Of a stretch of DNA of 46,780 nucleotides, positions 1 to 10,339 are shown piece after piece (position 1 is the stretch's first letter; each line of letters opens with the position of its first letter). A program made the translations under genes and the position numbers. The notes under the pieces were generated by a model. That model was not told the DNA's origin. It saw only the letters and a list, made by a program, of their open reading frames with translations, and did no database searches. Source of the DNA: Burkholderiales bacterium (GTDB taxonomy: Bacteria > Pseudomonadota > Gammaproteobacteria > Burkholderiales > SG8-39); NCBI GenBank assembly GCA_035489775.1, contig DATHJM010000370.1:1-46780 (forward strand). Reading direction: 5' to 3'.

Positions 1-882
1 GCGCTCCTCGCCCTGCTGCTCGCCCCGGGACTGGGTCGGGAAGTCAATGGCGCGCGGCGCTGGCTCTCCCTCGGGTTCGTAAGCCTGCAGCCCTCCGAAT
101 TCATGAAGCTGTTCGTCGTTCTCTACGCGGCCGACTACACCGTGCGCAAGCTCGCTCTGATGCACAGCTTCAGGCGGGGCCTTCTCCCGATGTTCGCGGT
201 GATGCTGGTGGTCGGCTGGCTGTTGCTGCGAGAGCCCGACTTCGGTGCTTTTGTCGTGATCACGGCGATCGCCACGGGAATCCTGTTCCTCGGCGGCATG
301 AACGGCATGTGGTTTGCGGGTTTGCTCGTGATGATGGCGGTGGGCTTCGTCGGCCTGGTCCTGTCCTCCCCGTACCGAATGCAGCGCATTTTCGGCTTCA
401 TGGACCCGTGGTCGGATCCGTTCGGACGCGGCTACCAGCTTTCGCACGCGCTGATCGCCTTCGGCCGCGGCGAATGGTTCGGTGTGGGACTGGGGGCAAG
501 CGTCGAGAAGCTCCTCTATCTCCCCGAGGCGCATACCGACTTCCTGCTCGCGGTGATCGGCGAAGAGCTGGGATTTGCGGGGGTGATCGCGGTGATCGCG
601 CTCTTTTCGTGGCTGGTGCTGCGGGCGTTCGCCATCGGCCGCCAGGCGGTGGTCCTCGAACGCCCGTACCCGGCGCTGGTCGCTCAAGGGATCGGCGTGT
701 GGTTCGGGGTGCAGTCGTTCATCAACATGGGCGTGAACATGGGCGTGCTGCCCACCAAGGGCCTCACCCTTCCCCTCATGAGCTTCGGGGGCAGCGGCCT
801 GCTTGCGAACTGCCTGGCGCTCGCCGTGCTGCTGCGAATCGATTGGGAAAATCGCCAGCTCATGCGCGGAGTCCGCGCATGA
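1..882 (+). CDS. ftsW: SEDS-family cell-division peptidoglycan polymerase FtsW, 5' end outside window
   Basis: Frame 1 is open from nt 1, with no stop before the ATG at 103. Translation reads ...[26 protein letters not shown]..., then [18 protein letters not shown] and [17 protein letters not shown], which are FtsW/RodA signatures. It lies directly upstream of murG, as in dcw clusters. Confidence 0.93.
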   Translation, partial: ALLALLLAPGLGREVNGARRWLSLGFVSLQPSEFMKLFVVLYAADYTVRKLALMHSFRRGLLPMFAVMLVVGWLLLREPDFGAFVVITAIATGILFLGGMNGMWFAGLLVMMAVGFVGLVLSSPYRMQRIFGFMDPWSDPFGRGYQLSHALIAFGRGEWFGVGLGASVEKLLYLPEAHTDFLLAVIGEELGFAGVIAVIALFSWLVLRAFAIGRQAVVLERPYPALVAQGIGVWFGVQSFINMGVNMGVLPTKGLTLPLMSFGGSGLLANCLALAVLLRIDWENRQLMRGVRA

Positions 883-979
883 CCATGGCGATTTCAGTGA
901 AGGCCAATGCGGGCGTAGCCCGCGTAATGCCGAAACTAAAACCGGCGGCTGATGCAACGAACAGCGGCGTGAAGGCATC

Positions 980-2034
980 ATGGCGCGAACCATCATGATC
1001 ATGGCGGGTGGAACGGGGGGGCATGTCTTTCCCGGTCTCGCCGTGGCCGACTTTCTGCGCGGAGCCGGTTGGCGCGTGGTGTGGCTCGGGGCGAAGACGG
1101 GCATGGAAGCGACCCTGGTCCCCAAGCGCGGCTACGACATGGCCTGGATCAGTTTTTCGGGCCTGCGCGGCAAGGGGCTGGTCGCGTTGTTTCTCCTGCC
1201 GCTCAGGTTGCTTGTCGCCTTCTGGCAAAGCGCGCGCGCGATCTTCGCGCATCGCCCGGACGTGGTCCTCGGCATGGGCGGCTATATCTCGTTTCCCGGG
1301 GGGATGATGGCGGCGCTATTCGGAAAGCCGCTCGTCGTGCACGAACAAAACTCGATCCCCGGCCTTGCCAACAAGGTGCTTGCGGGAGTCGCCGACCGGG
1401 TTCTGTGCGCATTCCCGGGAGCGCTCAAACGCGCAACGTTGACCGGCAACCCGGTGCGGCCGGAGATCGCAGCGATTGCAACCCCGGAGAGCCGCTACGC
1501 GGAGCGCTCGGGCCCGCTCCGCGTGCTCGTCGTCGGCGGCAGTCTCGGCGCAAAGGCGCTGAACGACGTCGTTCCCAGGGCCCTGGCGCTGCTGACCGGC
1601 GAGAGGCCCCTCGTTACCCATCAGTCGGGCGCACAGCATTTCGAGTCGCTGCGGAGCGCCTACTCCGTGGCCGGCGTGCCCGCGAAGACGCCCGCTTTCA
1701 TCGAGGACATGGCAGCGGCCTATGCCGAGGCTGACCTCGTCGTGTGCCGCGCCGGAGCGATCACGGTCGCGGAGATCGCCGCCGCTGGCGTGGCGAGCAT
1801 CCTGGTTCCCTACCCTCACGCGGTGGACGACCACCAGACGGCCAACGCGCGCTTTCTCGCCGCCACGGGCGCCGCGGTCCTCTTGCCGCAAAGCGAGCTC
1901 AGTCCCGAGCGGCTCGCAGTGCTGCTCGCGGGGTTCGATCGCGTGCGCCTGTGCGACATGGCAAAGCGCGCCCGCTCGCTCGGCAGGCCCGACGCGACCC
2001 AAGCGGTTGCGATGGCGTGCGTGGAACTCGCGAA

Positions 2035-2038
<4 letters not shown>
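980..2038 (+). CDS. murG: UDP-N-acetylglucosamine--N-acetylmuramyl-(pentapeptide) pyrophosphoryl-undecaprenol GlcNAc transferase
   Basis: 352 aa. N-terminal [20 protein letters not shown]-loop, [10 protein letters not shown], and the dcw position between ftsW and murC. Confidence 0.96.
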
Positions 2039-3428
<1,390 letters not shown>

Positions 3429-3432
<4 letters not shown>

Positions 3433-4355
3433 AAATGGCTGAGCCGATCGCTCAACCCGCCGCAGTCCTTCGCGGGACTTTGCGCCTGAACGAGCCGATG
3501 GCGAAACACGTCAGCTGGCGCGCGGGGGGCGTCGCCGCGCGAGCCTACATTCCGGCCGGGCGCGCGGATCTTGCCGCATTTCTTGCGACGCTTCCCGGGC
3601 ACGAGCCGGTGTGTTTCGTCGGCTTGGGGAGCAATCTGCTCGTGCGCGATGGCGGCTATCGGGGCACGGTCGTGTTGATGCACAACCCCCGCGGCGCGAT
3701 GCGCGTCGAAGGCGAGTTTGTCTATGCCGAATCCGGTGTCGCGTGTCCCAAAGTGGCGCGGCTCGCGGCGACGCACGGCTTCGAAGGCGCGGAATTCCTC
3801 GCCGGAGTGCCCGGCACGGTCGGCGGGGCGCTCGCGATGAACGCCGGCTGTTACGGGTCGGAAACCTGGGAAGTCGTCGCGAAGGTGCTGACAGTGTCGC
3901 GCGCCGGGGAAATGAGCGAGCGCAGGCCCACGGAGTTCGAGGTCGGCTACCGCCGCGTCGAGCTGGGTGGATCGAAACTGGGTGAGGACGAATGGTTTCT
4001 CGCAGCCTGGTTCCGCTTCCGCCCTGGCGACGAGAAGCGCGCCCGGGCGCGCATCAAGGAGCTGCTTGCGAAGCGCATCGCGGAGCAGCCGCTCGATCTT
4101 CCGAATGCCGGCTCGGTATTCCGTAACCCGCGCGGCGACCACGCCGCGCGTCTCGTCGAAGCCTGCGGGCTCAAGGGCCATGAAATCGGCGGCGCTCGAA
4201 TCTCCGAAAAGCACGCGAATTTCATTGTTAACCCGAAGGGAAAGGCGCGTGCCTCGGACATCGAAGCGCTGATCGAGCACGCACGCAAAGCCGTGAAGGA
4301 ACGGTTCGGTATCGAGCTCGTCCCCGAAGTGAGAATCGTCGGGGAGGCCGCGTGA
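3429..4355 (+). CDS. murB: UDP-N-acetylenolpyruvoylglucosamine reductase
   Basis: 308 aa with [20 protein letters not shown] and AGSVFRNP motifs. The ATG overlaps the murC stop (ATGA). An alternative ATG lies at 3435. Confidence 0.94.
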
Positions 4356-5293
4356 AGGCGGGCGACTTTGGAAAGGTCGCCGTCCTGATGGGCGGGCGTT
4401 CCGCAGAGCGGGCCGTTTCGCTCAAAAGCGGTTCGATGGTGATGGCCGCCTTGAAGAAGAAAGGCGTCAATGCGCATCCGTTCGATCCGAAGGAGCGGGG
4501 GCTCGACGAGCTCGTCAAAGAGCGGTTCGACCGCGTCTTCATTGCGCTGCACGGCCGCTACGGCGAGGACGGAACCGTCCAAGGGGCGCTCGAGCTGTTC
4601 GGCATTCCCTATACCGGTTCGGGTGTACTGGCGAGCGCTCTCGCCATGGACAAGTGGCACGCGAAGCTCGTCTGGCAGGCGAGCGGAATTCCGACGCCCC
4701 GCAGCGAGCTTCTCGCACGCCAGACCGACCTTCAAGCGGTTGCGACGCGGCTCGGGCTGCCCTTGATGGTCAAGCCCGCGAACGAAGGCTCTTCGATCGG
4801 GATGACCAAGGTGAAGAGCGCTCGCGACCTCTCCGAGGCCTACGCGCTTGCAGCCAACTACGACCCGGTCGTGATCGCCGAGGCTTTCGTGGATGGTGTC
4901 GAACTGACTGTCGGGGTTTTGGGGGACACGCCCCTTCCCCTGATCAAGCTCGAAACGCCGCGCGAGTTCTATGACTACGCGGCGAAGTACGACGCGAAGG
5001 ATACCCGCTACATCATTCCCTGCGGATTGCCGCCCGACGCAGAACGCATCATCCAGGACGAAGCGCTGCGCGCTTTCGGTGCGTTGGGCTGCAGTGGATG
5101 GGGCCGCGTTGACCTGATGCTCGATCTCTCGGGGAAGCCCTACTTCCTCGAGGTCAACACCTCTCCGGGAATGACCGATCACTCGCTCGTGCCGATGGCG
5201 GCGCGCCACGCCGGATTGTCGTTCGAGGATCTTTGCTTTCGGATTCTCGAATTGGCGCACCTCAGGGAGCAAGGAGGCGATCGTGTGGGATAA
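4352..5293 (+). CDS. ddl: D-alanine--D-alanine ligase
   Basis: 313 aa with [22 protein letters not shown]-grasp core and [10 protein letters not shown]. The GTG start overlaps the murB stop. Confidence 0.95.
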   Translation: MKAGDFGKVAVLMGGRSAERAVSLKSGSMVMAALKKKGVNAHPFDPKERGLDELVKERFDRVFIALHGRYGEDGTVQGALELFGIPYTGSGVLASALAMDKWHAKLVWQASGIPTPRSELLARQTDLQAVATRLGLPLMVKPANEGSSIGMTKVKSARDLSEAYALAANYDPVVIAEAFVDGVELTVGVLGDTPLPLIKLETPREFYDYAAKYDAKDTRYIIPCGLPPDAERIIQDEALRAFGALGCSGWGRVDLMLDLSGKPYFLEVNTSPGMTDHSLVPMAARHAGLSFEDLCFRILELAHLREQGGDRVG

Positions 5294-6041
5294 CCCGCGC
5301 CTCGCCAACGCCGCCGCAAACGCGCTTTACGCGCTTGCGCTCGCGCTCATCGTGTACGCAGGGACACGTATCCTGTTCGAATCCTCTGTGTTTTCGCTCA
5401 AGACCATCGTCGTGGGGGGCGAGCTCCAGCATGTGGCGCGCGGCGAGATCGTCGGCGCGCTCCAGGGCCGGGTCAAGGGCACCTTTTTTACCGTGGACCT
5501 GGAGGCGGTGCGCGCCCTGTTCGAGGGGATTCCCTGGGTGCGCCGCGCTGAACTGCGGCGCGGCTGGCCCGACCGCCTGGAAGTTCGCATCGAAGAGCAC
5601 GTGGCGCTCGCGCGCTGGGGCCAGAGACGAGAGCCGCAGCTCGTGAATACTCATGGAGAGCTTTTCCACGGGCAGAGCGACGCCACACTGCCGGTCTTCT
5701 CCGGACCCACCAGTACGGAAGGCGAAGTCACGCAACGCTACCTTGCGTTTCGGGGTTTGCTGGCCCCGCTCGCCCTCGAGCCCAGTCAGGTTCTGCTCAG
5801 TACGCGTCTTGCCTGGCAGCTCAGGCTCTCCAACGGTCTCACCGTGAAACTCGGTCGTGACTCGGACAAGGACCGCGTCGACGGCCGTCTCGCCAGGCTC
5901 GTCTCCGTATACCAGCAAACCCTAGGGGAGGCCCGGCATCGTCCCGACTATGTCGACCTGCGCTACCCCAACGGCTTTGCGATGCGCGTTCCAGAAACGG
6001 TAACGCCCGAATCCCGGAAACCGGCGCGCAAGCGAGTCTGA
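5283..6041 (+). CDS. ftsQ: Cell division protein FtsQ
   Basis: 252 aa. One N-terminal TM segment ([14 protein letters not shown]) is followed by a POTRA-like region ([39 protein letters not shown]). Positioned between ddl and ftsA; the GTG start overlaps the ddl end by 11 nt. Confidence 0.9.
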   Translation: MWDNPRLANAAANALYALALALIVYAGTRILFESSVFSLKTIVVGGELQHVARGEIVGALQGRVKGTFFTVDLEAVRALFEGIPWVRRAELRRGWPDRLEVRIEEHVALARWGQRREPQLVNTHGELFHGQSDATLPVFSGPTSTEGEVTQRYLAFRGLLAPLALEPSQVLLSTRLAWQLRLSNGLTVKLGRDSDKDRVDGRLARLVSVYQQTLGEARHRPDYVDLRYPNGFAMRVPETVTPESRKPARKRV

Positions 6042-6042
6042 C

Positions 6043-7272
6043 ATGGCGAGAGAAAACAAGAACCTCATCGTCGCTCTGGACATCGGCACATCCAAAGTCG
6101 TGGCGATGGTGGCGGAACTTTTCCCCGACGGACGCATGGACATCATCGGGACGGGCGGTCACGAGTCCAAGGGTCTGAAAAAGGGCGTCGTCGTGAACAT
6201 CGAGGCGACTGTAAACGCCATCCAACGCACGCTCGAGGAAGCGGAATTGATGGCCGACTGCAAGATCGAGCGGGTTTTCACCGGCATTGCCGGAAGCCAC
6301 ATCAAGAGCTTCAACTCCACGGGGATGGTAGCGATCAAGGACAAGGAGGTGACGCCGATCGACGTCGAGCGCGCGATCGAGACGGCGCGCGCGATGCCTA
6401 TTCCGACCGACCAGCAGGTGCTGCACATCCTCACCCAGGAATTCATCATCGACGGGCAGGACGGGGTGCGCGAGCCGCTCGGCATGAGCGGCGTGCGGCT
6501 CGAGGTCAAAGTGCACATCGTCACCGGTGCCGTCTCTGCCGCGCAGAACATCGTCAAGTGCGTGCGCCGCTGCGGGCTGGAAGTGAACGATCTCATCCTG
6601 CAGCCGCTCGCGTCTTCGCTTGCCGTGCTGACCGAAGACGAAAAGGAACTCGGCGTGTGCCTCGTCGACATCGGCGGCGGTACGAGCGACATAGCCGTGT
6701 TCCGCGAAGGCGCGATCCGCCACACGGCCGTCGTCCCGATCGCCGGAGACCAGATCACCAACGACATCGCGATGGCGCTGCGCACGCCCACCGCAGAGGC
6801 CGAAGAACTCAAGGTCCGCCACGGCTGCGCGCTCAGGCAGCTTGCCGAGGCTGGCCAGATGATCGAGGTCGCCGGCGTGGGCGATCGCCCGCCGCGAATG
6901 CTTTCGCGCCAAACGCTCGCCGAGGTCATCGAGCCCCGCGTCGAGGAACTTTACTCTCTCATTCAGCAGGTGCTGCGCGACTCCGGCTACGAGGAGCTCT
7001 TGTCGTCGGGAGTTGTGCTCACCGGGGGCTCCGCCGTGATGCAGGGGATGGTGGAACTGGGCGAGGAGATCTTTCACATGCCGGTGCGGCTCGGCATTCC
7101 CCGCTATACCGGCTCCCTTTCCGACGTGGTCCGCAGCCCGCGTTACGCCACCGGCGTCGGCCTGTTGCTCGAGGGCGTGGTGCAGACCCAGCGCGGACTG
7201 ATCGCGCGGCAGGGGGGATCTCTGAAGCAGATCGTAAAGAGGATGCGCCAATGGTTTCAACGGAATTTTTAG
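6043..7272 (+). CDS. ftsA: Cell division protein FtsA (actin-like ATPase)
   Basis: 409 aa with LIVALDIGTSKVVAMV, VDIGGGTSDIAVF and GVVLTGGSA motifs. Lies immediately upstream of ftsZ. Confidence 0.96.
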   Translation: MARENKNLIVALDIGTSKVVAMVAELFPDGRMDIIGTGGHESKGLKKGVVVNIEATVNAIQRTLEEAELMADCKIERVFTGIAGSHIKSFNSTGMVAIKDKEVTPIDVERAIETARAMPIPTDQQVLHILTQEFIIDGQDGVREPLGMSGVRLEVKVHIVTGAVSAAQNIVKCVRRCGLEVNDLILQPLASSLAVLTEDEKELGVCLVDIGGGTSDIAVFREGAIRHTAVVPIAGDQITNDIAMALRTPTAEAEELKVRHGCALRQLAEAGQMIEVAGVGDRPPRMLSRQTLAEVIEPRVEELYSLIQQVLRDSGYEELLSSGVVLTGGSAVMQGMVELGEEIFHMPVRLGIPRYTGSLSDVVRSPRYATGVGLLLEGVVQTQRGLIARQGGSLKQIVKRMRQWFQRNF

Positions 7273-7311
7273 AAGTGCACGATTTGCAGGCGTTTTTTTT
7301 CTTCACCCCGG

Positions 7312-7318
7312 AAGGAGG
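7312..7318 (+). promoter_or_regulatory. Shine-Dalgarno sequence of ftsZ (AAGGAGG)
   Basis: AAGGAGG lies 5 nt upstream of the ATG at 7324. Confidence 0.8.
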
Positions 7319-7323
7319 TCAGT

Positions 7324-8475
7324 ATGTTTGAAGTCGTCGAAAACACAGCGAGCGGCACCGTGATCAAGGTGATCGGTGTCGGCGGCGCGGGCGGCAATGC
7401 CGTCGATCACATGATCCGAAACGGCGTGGCCGGCGTCGAATTCATCACCGCCAATACCGACGGACAGGCGCTGTCGCGCACCCAGGCGAAGAGCCAGATC
7501 CAACTCGGGTCGACGGGCCTTGGCGCAGGGGCCAAGCCCGAAGCCGGGCGCGCCGCGGCGCTCGAAGCTCGCGAACAGATCGCCGACGCCCTGCGGGGTT
7601 CGCACATGGCCTTCATCACCGCCGGAATGGGCGGCGGCACCGGCACGGGCGCCGCGCCGGTAGTTGCGGAGGTCGCCAAGGAGATGGGCATCCTCACCGT
7701 CGCGGTCGTCACCAAGCCCTTCTCGTTCGAAGGCGTGCGCCGGATGCAGGCCGCCGAAACCGGCATCGCCGAGCTCTCCCAGCACGTCGACTCCGTCATC
7801 GTGATTCTCAACGAGAAACTCGAGGACGTGCTCGGCGACGAGGTGTCGATGGAGGAAGCATTTTCCGAAGCCGACAGCGTGCTGAAAAACGCCGTGGCGG
7901 GCATTTCCGAAATCATCAACGTCCCCGGTCTTATCAACGTCGATTTCCAGGACGTTCGCACCGTGATGGCCGAGCAGGGAATGGCGATGATGGGTTCCGC
8001 GGCCGCTTTGGGCGTGGATCGCGCGCGCATCGCAGCCGAACAGGCGGTCGCTTGTCCCCTGCTCGAAGGCGTCAATCTGTCCGGCGCGCGGGGGGTCGTA
8101 GTGAACATCACGGCCAACAAGTCGAGCCTGAAGCTGCGCGAGACCAAGGAGGTGATGAACACCATCCGCGGCTTCGCCGCGGACGATGCGACCATCATTT
8201 TCGGCGCCGTCTACGACGATCCCATTGGCGAGGAGCTACGCGTCACCGTGATTGCGACGGGTCTCGGCCAGCCGCAGATCGCGCGTCAGGCCAAGCCGAA
8301 GCTGGTGCAAAAGACGGGCACCGACAACCTGCCCGCCGCGGGGGTGGATTACCGGGTGCTCGACGAGATGCCTGCGGTGATCCGCAAGAACCGCGCTTCA
8401 ACCATCGAGGCGCTGCAAAACAGCGGGGTCGACAAGTACGACATTCCCGCATTCCTGCGCAAGCAAGCCGACTAG
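7324..8475 (+). CDS. ftsZ: Cell division GTPase FtsZ
   Basis: 383 aa with GVGGAGGNAV, the tubulin signature GMGGGTGTGAAPV, and the conserved C-terminal tail DIPAFLRKQAD. Confidence 0.98.
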   Translation: MFEVVENTASGTVIKVIGVGGAGGNAVDHMIRNGVAGVEFITANTDGQALSRTQAKSQIQLGSTGLGAGAKPEAGRAAALEAREQIADALRGSHMAFITAGMGGGTGTGAAPVVAEVAKEMGILTVAVVTKPFSFEGVRRMQAAETGIAELSQHVDSVIVILNEKLEDVLGDEVSMEEAFSEADSVLKNAVAGISEIINVPGLINVDFQDVRTVMAEQGMAMMGSAAALGVDRARIAAEQAVACPLLEGVNLSGARGVVVNITANKSSLKLRETKEVMNTIRGFAADDATIIFGAVYDDPIGEELRVTVIATGLGQPQIARQAKPKLVQKTGTDNLPAAGVDYRVLDEMPAVIRKNRASTIEALQNSGVDKYDIPAFLRKQAD

Positions 8476-8486
8476 GGAGCAATCAA

Positions 8487-8636
8487 ATGAGCACAGCCAA
8501 GAGAACGGGCATGCCTCGCTATCTGCGCAAGCCCTTGATCGTAAGAACGAGCGAGCGACTGCCCATTCGGCCAGCGCCGGTGCTGATCCGTACCGTCGCT
8601 TTCGTCCCGGCATACCTGCGCAAGCGGCCGCATTGA
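8487..8636 (+). CDS. Candidate small basic protein (49 aa) with FtsZ-tail-like [F/Y]LRK motifs; hypothetical
   Basis: ATG at 8487 is preceded by AGGGAG (8474-8479, 7-nt spacer) that overlaps the ftsZ stop. Translation: MSTAKRTGMPRYLRKPLIVRTSERLPIRPAPVLIRTVAFVPAYLRKRPH. There is no homology evidence. It is the tail of the long out-of-frame track ORF 8052..8636. Confidence 0.3.
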   Translation: MSTAKRTGMPRYLRKPLIVRTSERLPIRPAPVLIRTVAFVPAYLRKRPH

Positions 8637-8653
8637 GCACGCAAACGGCGCGG

Positions 8654-8678
8654 CTCACCGGAATTCCGGGTCGGTGAG
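8654..8678. other. Inverted repeat / palindrome in the ftsZ-lpxC spacer
   Basis: CTCACCG (8654-8660) pairs with CGGTGAG (8672-8678). It encloses the perfect 12-nt palindrome CCGGAATTCCGG (8658-8669). No U-tract follows, so it is not a classical terminator. Confidence 0.4.
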
Positions 8679-8741
8679 ACTGCCCGCTATGCTAAAATTC
8701 CATACTTTCAATCGGCTACGGCAATTGCTGCAGCGACGCAA

Positions 8742-9659
8742 ATGTTCAAGCAGCGCACCCTCAAATCCGTGATTCGCGCCACAGGCGTCGGCCTGCATAC
8801 CGGCGAGAAAGTGGCCGTGACCTTGCGACCGGCCTCGCCGGACGTGGGCATCGTGTTTCGGCGCATCGATTTGCCCGTGCCGATCGACATAGTAGCCGAC
8901 GCCTTCAAGGTCACCGACACGCGGCTTTGCAGCGCGCTGGAGGCAAACGGGGCAAAAGTGACCACGGTCGAGCATCTCATGTCGGCATTCGCGGGGCTCG
9001 GCATCGACAACGCCTACGTCGATCTCACGGGGTCGGAAGTTCCGATCATGGACGGGAGCGCCGCCCCTTTCGTGTTTCTCATTCAGTCGGCGGGCATCGA
9101 GCAGCAGCCCGCGCCAAAGCGTTTTTTCAGAATCAAGAGCGCGGTAGAAGTGACAGATGGCGACAAGTGGGCGCGCTTCGAGCCGTTCGAAGGCTTCAAG
9201 CTTTCGTTTTCGATCGAGTTCGACCACCCCGCCTTCGAGCGCTCGGCGCAGGCGGCTCACGTCGACTTTGCCGATACCTCCTACGTCAAGGAAGTCGCCC
9301 GGGCGCGCACCTTCGGTTTCATCCAGGACGTCGAGGCCATGCGCGATTCGGGCCTAGCTCTGGGCGGGAGCCTCGAAAACGCCGTCGTGGTGGACGAGTA
9401 CCGCGTGCTGAACGTCGAGGGACTGCGCTACAGCGACGAGTTCGTCAAACACAAGTTGCTCGACGCTATCGGCGATCTATACCTGATCGGACACCCGCTG
9501 ATCGGCTATTTTTCGGCCCACAAATCCGGCCATGCCCTGAACAACCGTTTGCTGCGGGCGACGCTTGCCTCCGAGCATGCCTGGGAATACGTGACCTTCG
9601 AACGCGAGGAGGACGCTCCGGCTGCCCTGTCCCGGTTGTTTGCCCTGCCTGCCGGCTGA
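8742..9659 (+). CDS. lpxC: UDP-3-O-acyl-N-acetylglucosamine deacetylase
   Basis: 305 aa with [41 protein letters not shown] and [12 protein letters not shown] motifs. Canonical position after ftsZ. Confidence 0.97.
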   Translation: MFKQRTLKSVIRATGVGLHTGEKVAVTLRPASPDVGIVFRRIDLPVPIDIVADAFKVTDTRLCSALEANGAKVTTVEHLMSAFAGLGIDNAYVDLTGSEVPIMDGSAAPFVFLIQSAGIEQQPAPKRFFRIKSAVEVTDGDKWARFEPFEGFKLSFSIEFDHPAFERSAQAAHVDFADTSYVKEVARARTFGFIQDVEAMRDSGLALGGSLENAVVVDEYRVLNVEGLRYSDEFVKHKLLDAIGDLYLIGHPLIGYFSAHKSGHALNNRLLRATLASEHAWEYVTFEREEDAPAALSRLFALPAG

Positions 9660-9675
9660 GCGGTATCGCGGGCCC

Positions 9676-9861
9676 ATGCTCGCCCTGCGCATCGCAGCGA
9701 TTCTCGCGGTGCTCGCCACCGCGGCTGGGATAGTCCTGTATCTGCTGACCCGTGACAGGAAGTATCTGCGCTTGGCGTTCCAGGTATTCAAGTACGCCCT
9801 GATTTTCGCCCTGCTGGTCTTCGGCCTTCTGATGCTCGAACGTGCGATTGTGCTCGTCTAG
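9676..9861 (+). CDS. Small hypothetical membrane protein (two predicted TM helices)
   Basis: Translation from the internal ATG 9676 reads MLALRIAAILAVLATAAGIVLYLL...ALIFALLVFGLLML. The track start at 9640 would overlap lpxC. No recognisable family. Confidence 0.45.
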   Translation: MLALRIAAILAVLATAAGIVLYLLTRDRKYLRLAFQVFKYALIFALLVFGLLMLERAIVLV

Positions 9862-9869
9862 GCAAAGAC

Positions 9870-10292
9870 TTACTTGCGGTGCCGCGCCGCGAACTTATCG
9901 ACGGCAATTTTCAGTTCTGAATCAGGGAGTTGCTCGCAGAGCCGGGCCAGGCCCAAAGCGGCCTCCACGCTAATTTTCGCTGATTTTTCAACAACTTGAG
10001 TGTCGGAATTGAGGGGTTGCACGCACACCTCCAATCCGGTAACCTCAAACGCTCGTTTAGAAAGCTGCTCCGTTAATGTCGGGAGCATAAGTTTCAGTTT
10101 GGCAGCGATAGCGCCGTTGGCAGCAAAAATAACGACTTTTCCCTGCTTGTAGTTTGCGATCGAGCAGCATCGCGCGAGGGATTCCGGCAGCACGGCTTCG
10201 AGAATCTCGCGCAACTCGATCAAGCGCTGGGTCTGCGGCATAAGAGGCGCAATGCCGTCGGGCTGATTCAAGAAGGCGCAAGGGTTCTTCAT
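9870..10292 (-). CDS. dciA: DUF721 / DciA-like protein (putative replicative helicase operator)
   Basis: 140 aa. The core CCSIANYKQGKVVIFAANGAIAAKLKLMLPTLTEQL resembles the DUF721 fold pattern. The lpxC - DUF721 - M23 peptidase - secA - argJ order matches the Pseudomonas PA4406-PA4402 arrangement, from memory. Confidence 0.65.
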   Translation of the reverse strand: MKNPCAFLNQPDGIAPLMPQTQRLIELREILEAVLPESLARCCSIANYKQGKVVIFAANGAIAAKLKLMLPTLTEQLSKRAFEVTGLEVCVQPLNSDTQVVEKSAKISVEAALGLARLCEQLPDSELKIAVDKFAARHRK

Positions 10293-10339
10293 AGGGATGT
10301 TCTAGGAATGCGTCGAGCGCGGCCCTAGGAGAGGGCAGC

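Noticed and set aside
1744-2034. N-terminal extensions of track ORFs upstream of the real starts (murC 1744-, trmD 26441-, ribH 28500-, pncC 30586-, MTase 31614-, coaE up to 20304, recA 35410-)
   Set aside because: The extensions overlap the preceding gene in another frame and have junk-like composition. Homology-type sequence begins at internal ATG/GTG codons that overlap the upstream stop by 4 nt.
8052-8486. 194-aa ORF 8052..8636 as a single gene
   Set aside because: Its first roughly 145 codons run out of frame inside ftsZ. Only the last 49 codons (8487..8636), which have their own Shine-Dalgarno and ATG, are considered, and those only as a low-confidence candidate.
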